A DNA stretch of 15,328 nt, from positions 1 to 15,328 of the forward strand of contig JAUVVC010000014.1 of NCBI GenBank assembly GCA_030604855.1. Direction: 5' to 3'. Shown here piece by piece: positions 1-8,863 of this stretch. Each line of letters starts with the position of its first letter. The stretch's first letter is position 1. The stretch is from Erysipelotrichaceae bacterium. GTDB taxonomy: Bacteria > Bacillota_I > Bacilli_A > Erysipelotrichales > Erysipelotrichaceae. The position numbers were made by a program, and so were the translations under genes. The notes below the pieces were generated by a model, which worked only from the letters and a program-made list of their open reading frames with translations, did not search any database and was not told where the DNA came from.

Positions 1-115
1 AAACCATAGCGCTTATATACATCGCCTTCATCTTTCAATCTCATTTACTTTTTGAGTGCGTTCACATCAGCGCTTCTTTTAATTTGTTTTCTGAGATTTA
101 GAGAACTTTCCTATA

Positions 116-142
116 AGATAAAAAACAATGCTTTCGCATTGT

Positions 143-143
<1 letters not shown>
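116..143 (-). terminator. Rho-independent terminator of groES-groEL
   Basis: The minus-strand RNA reads AACAAUGC-GAAA-GCAUUGUU. This is a perfect 8-bp stem (136..143 with 124..131) with a GAAA tetraloop, followed by UUUUAUCU. The stem begins inside the groEL TAA stop codon. Confidence 0.85.
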
Positions 144-2046
<1,903 letters not shown>

Positions 2047-2060
2047 CTTTGCCTCCTTTT

Positions 2061-2087
2061 TTAGCACTTAAACTATAAGAGTGCTAA
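2061..2087 (-). promoter_or_regulatory. CIRCE operator (HrcA binding site)
   Basis: TTAGCACTT-N9-GAGTGCTAA differs at one position from the CIRCE consensus TTAGCACTC-N9-GAGTGCTAA. It sits between the predicted -10 and the groES RBS. Confidence 0.95.
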
Positions 2088-2095
2088 CACTTCTT

Positions 2096-2123
2096 ATTAT
2101 AAGCCTACACACAAACTTGTCAA
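2096..2123 (-). promoter_or_regulatory. Sigma-A type promoter of groESL
   Basis: On the minus strand, TTGACA (2118..2123), a 16-nt spacer and TATAAT (2096..2101). CIRCE starts about 8 nt downstream of the -10. Confidence 0.8.
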
Positions 2124-2127
2124 TGCC

Positions 2128-2151
2128 ATTAAAAAAGAAGCTAATGCTTCT
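2128..2151 (-). terminator. Rho-independent terminator of cysE
   Basis: The minus-strand RNA reads AGAAGC-AUUA-GCUUCU followed by UUUUUAAU. The cysE TAG stop (2141..2143) lies at the loop/stem junction. The groES -35 starts a few nt after the U-tract. Confidence 0.75.
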
Positions 2152-2647
2152 TTGTAAGAACTTCTCCAGGCACACCAATGATGGTCTTGCCTGCTTCGAC
2201 ATCTTTGATGACGATGCAGTTCGCACCGATTTTGACGTTGTCTCCGATATGAATATTGCCCAGTACTTTCGCACCAGTCCCCACCATGACGTTATTGCCA
2301 AGGGTTGGGTGACGTTTCTCATCCTTCGTACTCATGCCCCCTAAGGTGACTTGATGGTAAATCAAACAGTCATCCCCAATAATGGCGGTCTCCCCGATGA
2401 CCACACCCATGCCATGATCGATGAACAAGCGCTTGCCGATCTGTGCTCCAGGATGGATTTCAATCCCTGTTAAGGTACGTGAGATCTGACTGATCAAACG
2501 TGCTATGAAATAAAGATGTGCTTTATAAAAGACATGTGCGATGCGATGGAATAAGATCGCATGATACCCTGGATACAATAAAATAACCTCGATTAGAGAT
2601 TTGGCGGCTGGATCACGTTTTTGAATGGCTTTAGCAGTATCGAACAT
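2141..2647 (-). CDS. cysE: Serine O-acetyltransferase
   Basis: The blocks [27 protein letters not shown] and [44 protein letters not shown] form the hexapeptide-repeat CysE signature. I chose the start at MFDTAK because GAGGGG lies 4 nt upstream. The ORF-track start at 2671 lies inside the putative -10 element. Confidence 0.9.
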   Translation of the reverse strand: MFDTAKAIQKRDPAAKSLIEVILLYPGYHAILFHRIAHVFYKAHLYFIARLISQISRTLTGIEIHPGAQIGKRLFIDHGMGVVIGETAIIGDDCLIYHQVTLGGMSTKDEKRHPTLGNNVMVGTGAKVLGNIHIGDNVKIGANCIVIKDVEAGKTIIGVPGEVLTKKH

Positions 2648-2666
2648 AGAACCCCTCAGGGCTATC

Positions 2667-2675
2667 ATCATACCA
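2667..2675 (-). promoter_or_regulatory. Possible extended -10 promoter for cysE
   Basis: The minus strand reads TGgTATGAT in the 57-nt mrp-cysE gap. There is no convincing -35. cysE may equally be co-transcribed with mrp. Confidence 0.3.
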
Positions 2676-2704
2676 AAGTTCAGATGAAAATAAAAGAAAA
2701 ACGA

Positions 2705-3499
2705 TTATGCCTCCATAATCGTTTCAATCAACCATGTGAAATCTTCACTTTCAACTTCTTCAATCCGTCCTTGGTCCGCCAACTCATTGATCAAAGGATT
2801 GATCGGGAGTTGACCTAAAAGTGGAATGTTGTATTTCTCAGAAAGCATCTTCCCCTTGCTTGAGCCAAAGGGATAATGAACTTTATCGCAATCATCGCAC
2901 ACAAAGTAACTGAAGTTCTCGATGATGCCGATGATCGGCACATTCATTTTGTTGGCCATCTCAACCGCTTTGGACACGATCATGGAGACCAGATCCTGAG
3001 GACTGGTGACGATGATGATGCCAGTGATGGGGAGGTTTTGAAAGACGGTCAGAGCGATGTCTCCGGTCCCTGGCGGCATATCCAGAACCATCAAATCCAA
3101 CTCTTCCCAAATGACTTCCGTGTAGAAGTCTTTAACGGCATTGGTGATCAAAGCGCCACGCCATAAGATGGGTGTCGTCTCATTGGGAACCAACATGTTG
3201 GATGTGACGAGTTTGATGCCTGTTTCTGTGACACCCGGTTGAATTCCCGCATCATCCCCAAAAAGAGGTTGATGAATATTGAATAAGTGTCCCATGGATG
3301 GACCAATGATGTCGCCATCAATGATGCCTGTTTGATAACCGGCTCTTTGGGCATGGGTAGCCAACAAAGCTGAGACGGTTGATTTACCAACACCCCCTTT
3401 TCCACTCACGACCGCAATCATTTTTTTGATTTGCGTTTCCTTCTTAGGGCGTGGTTTGAAGGGATTGAATTTTGGATCTAAGTTTTTTGTATCGACCAT
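2705..3499 (-). CDS. mrp: Mrp/NBP35/ApbC-family P-loop ATPase (Fe-S cluster carrier)
   Basis: Deviant Walker A motif IAVVSGKGGVGKST, DMPPGTGD, and a CDDC (CxxC) motif after IENFSYFV. AGGAG lies 6 nt before the ATG. Confidence 0.9.
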   Translation of the reverse strand: MVDTKNLDPKFNPFKPRPKKETQIKKMIAVVSGKGGVGKSTVSALLATHAQRAGYQTGIIDGDIIGPSMGHLFNIHQPLFGDDAGIQPGVTETGIKLVTSNMLVPNETTPILWRGALITNAVKDFYTEVIWEELDLMVLDMPPGTGDIALTVFQNLPITGIIIVTSPQDLVSMIVSKAVEMANKMNVPIIGIIENFSYFVCDDCDKVHYPFGSSKGKMLSEKYNIPLLGQLPINPLINELADQGRIEEVESEDFTWLIETIMEA

Positions 3500-3520
3500 T
3501 TGAATCTCCTAACCCAACCA

Positions 3521-3526
3521 TTATAC
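3521..3526 (-). promoter_or_regulatory. Candidate -10 element for mrp(-cysE)
   Basis: The minus strand has TATAAT between the pyrP terminator and the mrp RBS. The -35 is poor (ACCACT at 17 nt). Confidence 0.35.
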
Positions 3527-3561
3527 AAAACTAAGCATCAAAAGTGGTGTGATATCATCTC

Positions 3562-3585
3562 AAAAAAAACCGGTTACCCGGTTTT
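3562..3585 (-). terminator. Rho-independent terminator of pyrP
   Basis: The minus-strand RNA reads AAAACCGG-GUAA-CCGGUUUU followed by UUUU. The stem includes 2 nt of the pyrP TAA stop codon. Confidence 0.85.
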
Positions 3586-4846
3586 AGTCATTTGGAAGGA
3601 TTAAATTCAAGGCAACTCCAACGATGGCAGCCAAAGCTGTACCCGAGAGTGTAGCCAAACCGACAAGTTTGAAAGCAGCTCCCCCAAGGCCAAGAACCAA
3701 CATTGACGCTGCGATGATGACGTTGCGTTGTTTACCGAAGTCAACTTTTTCATCGATCAAGACACGTAGACCGTTCGAAGCGATGAAACCATACAACAAG
3801 ATGCTCATGCCACCCAAGACACCGCTTGGAATGGTAGAAATCAAGGCAGAAACTTTACCAACGAAACTGATGACGATGGCCAAGACAGCTGCACCACCCA
3901 CGACCCAAACGGAAGCGACTTTCGTCAGACCGACGACACCGGTGTTCTCACCGTAGGTTGTATTCGCAGGACCCCCGATCAATGCGGATACCGCAGTCGC
4001 GATCCCATCCCCCATCAAGGTGCGATCCAAGCCAGGATCTTTTAAGAAATTTCGATTACAGATTTTGCCCAATACCGTGTGATCACCGATGTGTTCGGAA
4101 ATCGTTACGATGGCGATGGGGACGATGACCCAAGTTTCAACGCCAAAGTAGAACTGATAAGTTTGGAAGTTCCCCAATTTGAATGGCAAGATGAAATCAG
4201 GAATGGAGAACAAAGGAGCAGCAGCGACTGGTGACAAGTCAACCAAGCCCAATGCGAAGGCAACCAAGTAACCGCCGAAGATCCCGATGATGAATGGGAT
4301 GATGCGCATGAAGCCTTTACCTAAAGACATGACGGTTGCGGTGATGGCGAAGGTTGCGATGGCCGTCACGATGATGCGCCAATCTCCACCACTGGTGAAA
4401 CCTGCAGAACCAACAGCGACACCGGCCAAACCTAGACCAATGATGATGATCATCGGACCGATGACAATTGGAGGCAAGAGTTTATCCACCCAGCCTTTAC
4501 CGATCATTTTTACGATTAAAGCGATGACGACATAAACCAAACCAACAAGAATCAAACCTGTTTGAGCGGCACTGACATCACCTCCCAAGGATTCTTTAGC
4601 AATGATGACAGCCGTGATATATGCAAATGATGAACCTAAATAAACGGGTACTTTAGCCTTGGTCGCCGCAATGTAGATCAGCGTCCCAATACCTGAAGCA
4701 AACAATGCGACCGAGATAGGTAGACCCGTTAGGATCGGAACCAATACGGTTGCGCCAAACATCGCAAAGACATGCTGGAAACTCAGGGCTGCCCATTTCA
4801 ATACCGGGGGCTTTTCGTGGACATCATACAACAATTCATTCTTCAT
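3584..4846 (-). CDS. pyrP: Uracil permease (NCS2/xanthine-uracil permease family), 420 aa
   Basis: A polytopic membrane protein. The N-terminus PPVLKWAALSFQHVFAMFGATVLVPILTG and the block NTTYGENTGV are typical of UraA/PyrP. AGGAGG lies 8 nt before the ATG at 4846. The ORF-track start at 4864 is a GTG overlapping the RBS. The PyrR attenuator upstream supports the pyrimidine assignment. Confidence 0.93.
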   Translation of the reverse strand: MKNELLYDVHEKPPVLKWAALSFQHVFAMFGATVLVPILTGLPISVALFASGIGTLIYIAATKAKVPVYLGSSFAYITAVIIAKESLGGDVSAAQTGLILVGLVYVVIALIVKMIGKGWVDKLLPPIVIGPMIIIIGLGLAGVAVGSAGFTSGGDWRIIVTAIATFAITATVMSLGKGFMRIIPFIIGIFGGYLVAFALGLVDLSPVAAAPLFSIPDFILPFKLGNFQTYQFYFGVETWVIVPIAIVTISEHIGDHTVLGKICNRNFLKDPGLDRTLMGDGIATAVSALIGGPANTTYGENTGVVGLTKVASVWVVGGAAVLAIVISFVGKVSALISTIPSGVLGGMSILLYGFIASNGLRVLIDEKVDFGKQRNVIIAASMLVLGLGGAAFKLVGLATLSGTALAAIVGVALNLILPND

Positions 4847-4871
4847 GTTTCTTTCCTCCTGCACAGGTCAT

Positions 4872-4958
4872 AAAAAAGGACTTTACGTAAAAGTCCCTTA
4901 AATGGTCGGAAGGTTTTTGCTTTCCTTGGTGACCTCTCTGGATCACATTTAAAGGACC
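4872..4958 (-). promoter_or_regulatory. PyrR-binding transcription attenuator in the pyrP leader
   Basis: The minus-strand leader contains GAUCCAGAGAGGUC (4931..4943), matching the conserved PyrR binding-loop core UCCAGAGAGG. A terminator GGACUUU-UACGU-AAAGUCC plus U6 lies at 4872..4896. A 12-bp alternative antiterminator pairing joins GUCCUUUAAAUG (4946..4957) to CAUUUAAGGGAC (4893..4904), which overlaps the 5' arm of the terminator. Confidence 0.85.
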
Positions 4959-4970
4959 TATGCTAGATGT

Positions 4971-4999
4971 AGTTTAGCACAAGAATGGTGCCTTGCCTA
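4971..4999 (-). promoter_or_regulatory. Candidate extended -10 promoter of pyrP
   Basis: The minus strand reads TAGGCA, a 17-nt spacer, then TGcTAAACT. The same TGTGCTAAACT 11-mer precedes the Cof gene at 12540..12550. Confidence 0.55.
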
Positions 5000-5007
5000 G
5001 CGTTTTT

Positions 5008-6306
5008 TTATGAAATTTTTCGGCTTTGTTCCGGGATCCAATCACGATCATAATGATTCAAAAAACCGAGATAAACCCAAAAGATATAGGCAACAGAAAC
5101 CACACTGATGTTGAAGAAGGCTTGTACACAATAGCCAAAGATTGCACTGGCAATGATGAAACTTAAAGAATCGTTGAGTCTTCTGAAATTATTAAAAGCC
5201 GATTTCATTAAGAATGCGAGATAAGCAATGACACTTGGAATCCCACTGGTCACCGCCATGTGCAGATATTCATTGTGTGCTTTATCCGCAATCATTACAC
5301 GACCAAACATTGCCATACTGTCTTGATTGAAGCGTTCCATAAAGACGATGTGAAGATTCTCAATACCAACCCCAAAAAGTGGATAATCTTTGATGAGTTC
5401 GATGACGCGAATCCAGATGAACATTCGAAAGGAACCTAAGGTATCTAGATTGCCCTCCTTCTTTATCAAAGCATTGAAGTCGGATGAGATGGTCAAGAAG
5501 CGACCCAATAAGGCTTGGTTGCTCGTAAGATTGTATATAGCAATCAAAGACACACTGATGAAGGATACAAGGAGTATTTCTCGTCTTCTGATCGGATGTT
5601 TATAAATGAACTGCATGATCCCAGCAAAAAGCAATGTGGCGATGAAACCAATCCATGCGCTCCGCGTCATGTTTATTAAAAGAACATAGAAAACCAAAGC
5701 ATATGTGAAGATGGCATACACCTTTTGTTTGAAAAGAATCAAATAGAGATGCCAAGGTAGTACCAAAACCAGATAAGCTCCAAAGAAATTGGGATTGCCA
5801 AAGGTCGCAAAAGGAACCGTCCAATGCATGCGCGTCAGATCTCGTGTGAACAACTCCATTCCATTGGCTTGGAGTAAAGCATAGAAAGCCAAAATCGTAC
5901 TCCCGATCACAATACCATGAATGAACCAAGTCGGAATCTTCTTGATCAATCGTGCGAACAGAAATAGTAACAGATAAAGAACCTGCGTCACATAACCATC
6001 ATAGCGTAAGAACTGACCCCCTAAGGAAAGTTGAAGATCATGGGAGAAAAACAAAGATAAGGTCAAGAATGCGAAATAAATCAAAACCAAACGATTGATC
6101 CAATCCCACTTGAATAGATGATTGATCTGTTTGGCATTCAAAGCCACCATCACCAAAAGCACAGAGACAACGCAAACCAAAGCCAGGTATTTTGGATAAT
6201 AGAAAAAATCCAAGACCGACCATAAAGGAACATAAACAAATGGAACCAATACCGGAACCCATAAGATGATGATTTCAATACGCTTCAAAAATGGATTTTC
6301 TTGCAT
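5008..6306 (-). CDS. O-antigen ligase-like (Wzy_C family) polytopic membrane protein, paralogue B
   Basis: Carries the blocks FGNPNFFGAYLVLVLP, MTRSAWIGF and DKAHNEYLHMAVTSGIPS. It aligns with paralogue A over its full length. I chose the start at MQENPF (ATG 6306) from the alignment with the N-terminus of A. The RBS is weak (GGTG), so the start is uncertain. Confidence 0.85.
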   Translation of the reverse strand: MQENPFLKRIEIIILWVPVLVPFVYVPLWSVLDFFYYPKYLALVCVVSVLLVMVALNAKQINHLFKWDWINRLVLIYFAFLTLSLFFSHDLQLSLGGQFLRYDGYVTQVLYLLLFLFARLIKKIPTWFIHGIVIGSTILAFYALLQANGMELFTRDLTRMHWTVPFATFGNPNFFGAYLVLVLPWHLYLILFKQKVYAIFTYALVFYVLLINMTRSAWIGFIATLLFAGIMQFIYKHPIRRREILLVSFISVSLIAIYNLTSNQALLGRFLTISSDFNALIKKEGNLDTLGSFRMFIWIRVIELIKDYPLFGVGIENLHIVFMERFNQDSMAMFGRVMIADKAHNEYLHMAVTSGIPSVIAYLAFLMKSAFNNFRRLNDSLSFIIASAIFGYCVQAFFNISVVSVAYIFWVYLGFLNHYDRDWIPEQSRKIS

Positions 6307-7531
6307 ATGGCACCAATCGACCCAAAAGGATCCAGAATACAAATGCGACCGATACGACACTGATGTTGAAGAAAGCTTGTACCAAGTAGGCCATTATCAC
6401 TGCGATAAGAACATTTCGGCTATTCGCAAAACTCTGCTTAAGAATCACAAACAATAACATCAGATAAGCAATCAAACTGGGTATGCCAGCGGATACGGCA
6501 ATGTTCAAGTATTCATTATGCGCTTTATCGATGGTCATCAAACGACCCATGACACTGTGCATGTCCGCCTGATAGTGTTCAAAAAACAATTTGGGAAGAT
6601 AATCAAAGCCGTAGCCTGTCAAAGGTCTCTCTTGGATCAACTCAAGCACATGGATCCAAATGAAGATACGATAGGAACCTGCTTGAGGCGCTGTCTCCGC
6701 TTGCACAAACACTTCCACAGCTTCCTTTGGAATGGATAAAGCCTGTGTCACCACTTGATTGTGATGACTTTGATTGTATTGAACCAACAAACTTAGACTG
6801 ATGATGAAGATCAGACTGACTTTGGATAGATAGCTGGGCGACTTACGAACCAAAACTAAACTCACCAACAAACCGACACTCGCACCGAGCCAAGCTCCTC
6901 GAGTCATGCTTGCCAAGAGTGCATAAAAGACCAAAGCATAAAGCACAACTCCGTGAGATGTGTCCTGCTTGAATAAAAACCAAATACTTAATGGCAAGGC
7001 CATTACCATGAACGATCCATAGAAATTCGGATTGCCCAGAGTACCAAATGCACTTTGCCAACCGATACGCACATCATCCCTTAGGATGGGATCAAAACCA
7101 TGGCTTTGTGCGATGCCATAGATCGCTTGAATCACGACACCGATAAGTAAGCATCGAAGCAAGCACCGATCATCACGAAGGAAGCGTGAGCCCCAAAAGA
7201 GAAAGAGATACAACACAATCGTCAAATAACCTTCATAACGATAAATACGTCCGAATAGGCTTTCTTTTAAATCTAACGCAAAAAGCAAAGAAATGCTTAA
7301 AAACATTAAAAAAGCCAAAGATGTCATCGTAATTGTATCCATGACTTTGAACGCTTTGACTTCATTTCGATGAAAAATTAAATAGACCATTAAAATAATG
7401 CAAAAAAGCACCAATAAAATCAATTTCGGCAGATAGAAATGATCTGCATTCCCACCCTTAGGCCAAATAAAAAGAGGTACGATCAGACACAATGCCGCAT
7501 AGATTTTCTGTAATCCCTTTTCAAAAGCCAT
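6275..7531 (-). CDS. O-antigen ligase-like (Wzy_C family) polytopic membrane protein, paralogue A
   Basis: Carries the blocks LGNPNFYGSFMVMALP, MTRGAWLGA and DKAHNEYLNIAVSAGIPS. GGGGGA lies 3 nt before the ATG (spacer AAC). There is an 18-nt gap after the 77-aa gene. Confidence 0.88.
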   Translation of the reverse strand: MAFEKGLQKIYAALCLIVPLFIWPKGGNADHFYLPKLILLVLFCIILMVYLIFHRNEVKAFKVMDTITMTSLAFLMFLSISLLFALDLKESLFGRIYRYEGYLTIVLYLFLFWGSRFLRDDRCLLRCLLIGVVIQAIYGIAQSHGFDPILRDDVRIGWQSAFGTLGNPNFYGSFMVMALPLSIWFLFKQDTSHGVVLYALVFYALLASMTRGAWLGASVGLLVSLVLVRKSPSYLSKVSLIFIISLSLLVQYNQSHHNQVVTQALSIPKEAVEVFVQAETAPQAGSYRIFIWIHVLELIQERPLTGYGFDYLPKLFFEHYQADMHSVMGRLMTIDKAHNEYLNIAVSAGIPSLIAYLMLLFVILKQSFANSRNVLIAVIMAYLVQAFFNISVVSVAFVFWILLGRLVPYARKSIFEAY

Positions 7532-7549
7532 GTTTCCCCCAAGACTAAA

Positions 7550-7783
7550 TTATGAATGTTCCCGGTCGTAACGGTCCGTATCGATTTGATCGACTTTGAC
7601 CACATAAATCATCAGACCAATATAGAATGGAACCAAGGCAGCTGCCAAAGCCCACATCAGAGGATTGCCAATCGGATGTTTGGATGCGTGTCGATAGACA
7701 AAGACACCAATCAATATCGGCGCGATCATAAACATCAAGGCGAAAAAACCAATCGCCAGTGTCAAAACGAAGATGTTTGTCAT
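7550..7783 (-). CDS. Small integral membrane protein (77 aa, about 2 TM), function unknown
   Basis: Two hydrophobic segments flank the basic loop YRHASKHPIGNP, and the tail is acidic (DTDRYDREHS). Its start overlaps the upstream stop as ATGA (7780..7783), which suggests translational coupling. From memory it loosely resembles PLDc_N-type small membrane proteins. Confidence 0.6.
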   Translation of the reverse strand: MTNIFVLTLAIGFFALMFMIAPILIGVFVYRHASKHPIGNPLMWALAAALVPFYIGLMIYVVKVDQIDTDRYDREHS

Positions 7784-8280
7784 AGCCCGACTTGGTTCAA
7801 GACTCCATAGGAGAAGACCAACATGATGACAAGTGCCAACAAGACACCCAATACAATCGCTAGAAAGGCTTTCTTACGCTCCATCTGTAAGGTTTCCGCG
7901 ACCAAAGAGCCTGTCCATGCGCCCGTCCCAGGCAATGGGATGCCCACGAACAACACTAAACCGATGAACTCCGCGTTTTGAATCGCCTTACTCTTATGTA
8001 AAGCACGATCACGAATCTTATGGATGAACTTGGTTAGAATGTTATGTTTCTCTAGAAACTTCAGGATGGCTTCAATAAAAAACAAGATGTATGGAATCGG
8101 TAAAAGATTCCCCACCAAAGCGATAACAGACGTCGTAAGCAAAGGCAGATTCATCCAATAGCCCGCGAGAACCCCACCTCTCAACTCCAAGATCGGCATC
8201 ATCGAAATCACAAACACAATCACTTCCTTATTCAACCAGCCTGCATAATGAATCACAAGCTCAACTAATCTCTCTGTCAT
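7780..8280 (-). CDS. COG2426 / putative small multidrug export (Sm_multidrug_ex) family membrane protein
   Basis: The family blocks are ISMMPILELRGGVLAGY, GNLLPIPYILFFI and FVGIPLPGTGAWTGSLVA. I chose the ATG at 8280 (MTERL), preceded by GAAAGGG. The ORF-track start at 8295 is a TTG. Confidence 0.88.
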   Translation of the reverse strand: MTERLVELVIHYAGWLNKEVIVFVISMMPILELRGGVLAGYWMNLPLLTTSVIALVGNLLPIPYILFFIEAILKFLEKHNILTKFIHKIRDRALHKSKAIQNAEFIGLVLFVGIPLPGTGAWTGSLVAETLQMERKKAFLAIVLGVLLALVIMLVFSYGVLNQVGL

Positions 8281-8749
8281 AATAATCCCTTTCAATTTCT
8301 TCTGGTTTACGTAAGAATAAAAAACCTAACCATGCCCCGATGACATTCAACATCGCATCATCCACATCAAACGACCCACTTAAGCTGACAAACTGCAGGC
8401 TTTCAATAAACACCATCACGATACTCGCCCAAATCAAGAAAACAAGGGGTTTCTGCCAGCGCGAATGAAGTCTTGGTAGAAAGAAGCCAAAGGGTGTGAA
8501 TAACAACATGTGTCCACCGATGTTCACGATGATGTTGCGCATGCCGGTCGCATAGTTCATGGTCTGCAAATACCTTAATATCGTTCTAAAAAAGATTAAA
8601 TTGGTTCGAGGTCGTTGGAGTTCCACGAGTTCATCCCAACCTCCTTTGACCAACCAGGATAGATCGATCTGACGATTGTATAAGAACAAAATATAAAAAA
8701 GGCCGAAAAGATAAAGTATAAAAAAGATGTGGATCGCTTTTAGCTTCAC
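8261..8749 (-). CDS. VanZ-like family membrane protein
   Basis: VanZ-like blocks NIGGHMLLFTPFGFFLP, ESLQF and SFDVDDAMLNVIGAWLGF. I chose the GTG at 8749 because GGAGG (8757..8761) lies 7 nt upstream. The ORF-track TTG at 8755 is only 1 nt from the RBS. Confidence 0.85.
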   Translation of the reverse strand: MKLKAIHIFFILYLFGLFYILFLYNRQIDLSWLVKGGWDELVELQRPRTNLIFFRTILRYLQTMNYATGMRNIIVNIGGHMLLFTPFGFFLPRLHSRWQKPLVFLIWASIVMVFIESLQFVSLSGSFDVDDAMLNVIGAWLGFLFLRKPEEIERDYYDREIS

Positions 8750-8773
8750 TTTCAAACCTCCATCGTCCTTGCT

Positions 8774-8802
8774 ATTTTATCAAAAAACATCCTAAACTAC
8801 AA
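8774..8802 (-). promoter_or_regulatory. Candidate promoter of the VanZ-like/COG2426/Wzy_C operon
   Basis: The minus strand reads TTGTAG, a 17-nt spacer, then TGaTAAAAT (extended -10). It starts 9 nt after the upstream terminator U-tract. Confidence 0.6.
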
Positions 8803-8811
8803 AACTTGTTC

Positions 8812-8842
8812 AAAAAAAGACGGCATCCACTCGATACCGTCT
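8812..8842 (-). terminator. Rho-independent terminator of the 420-aa secreted-protein gene
   Basis: The minus-strand RNA reads AGACGGUAUC-GAGUG-GAUGCCGUCU. This is a 10-bp stem with one G.U pair, followed by UUUUUU. It lies 21 nt after the TAG stop. Confidence 0.85.
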
Positions 8843-8863
8843 CTAATCTATGTTTTGAATGTT

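Noticed and set aside
1-44. The possible 5' end of another minus-strand gene (ATG at 44, MRLKDEGDVYKRYG..., or ATG at 32) running off the left edge
   Set aside because: Only about 14 codons are visible, there is no clear SD, and two frames are possible. That is not enough sequence to support a call.
2648-2704. A T-box or other riboswitch leader upstream of cysE
   Set aside because: Only 57 nt separate mrp from cysE. That is too short for a T-box, and no specifier, T-box or terminator elements are present.
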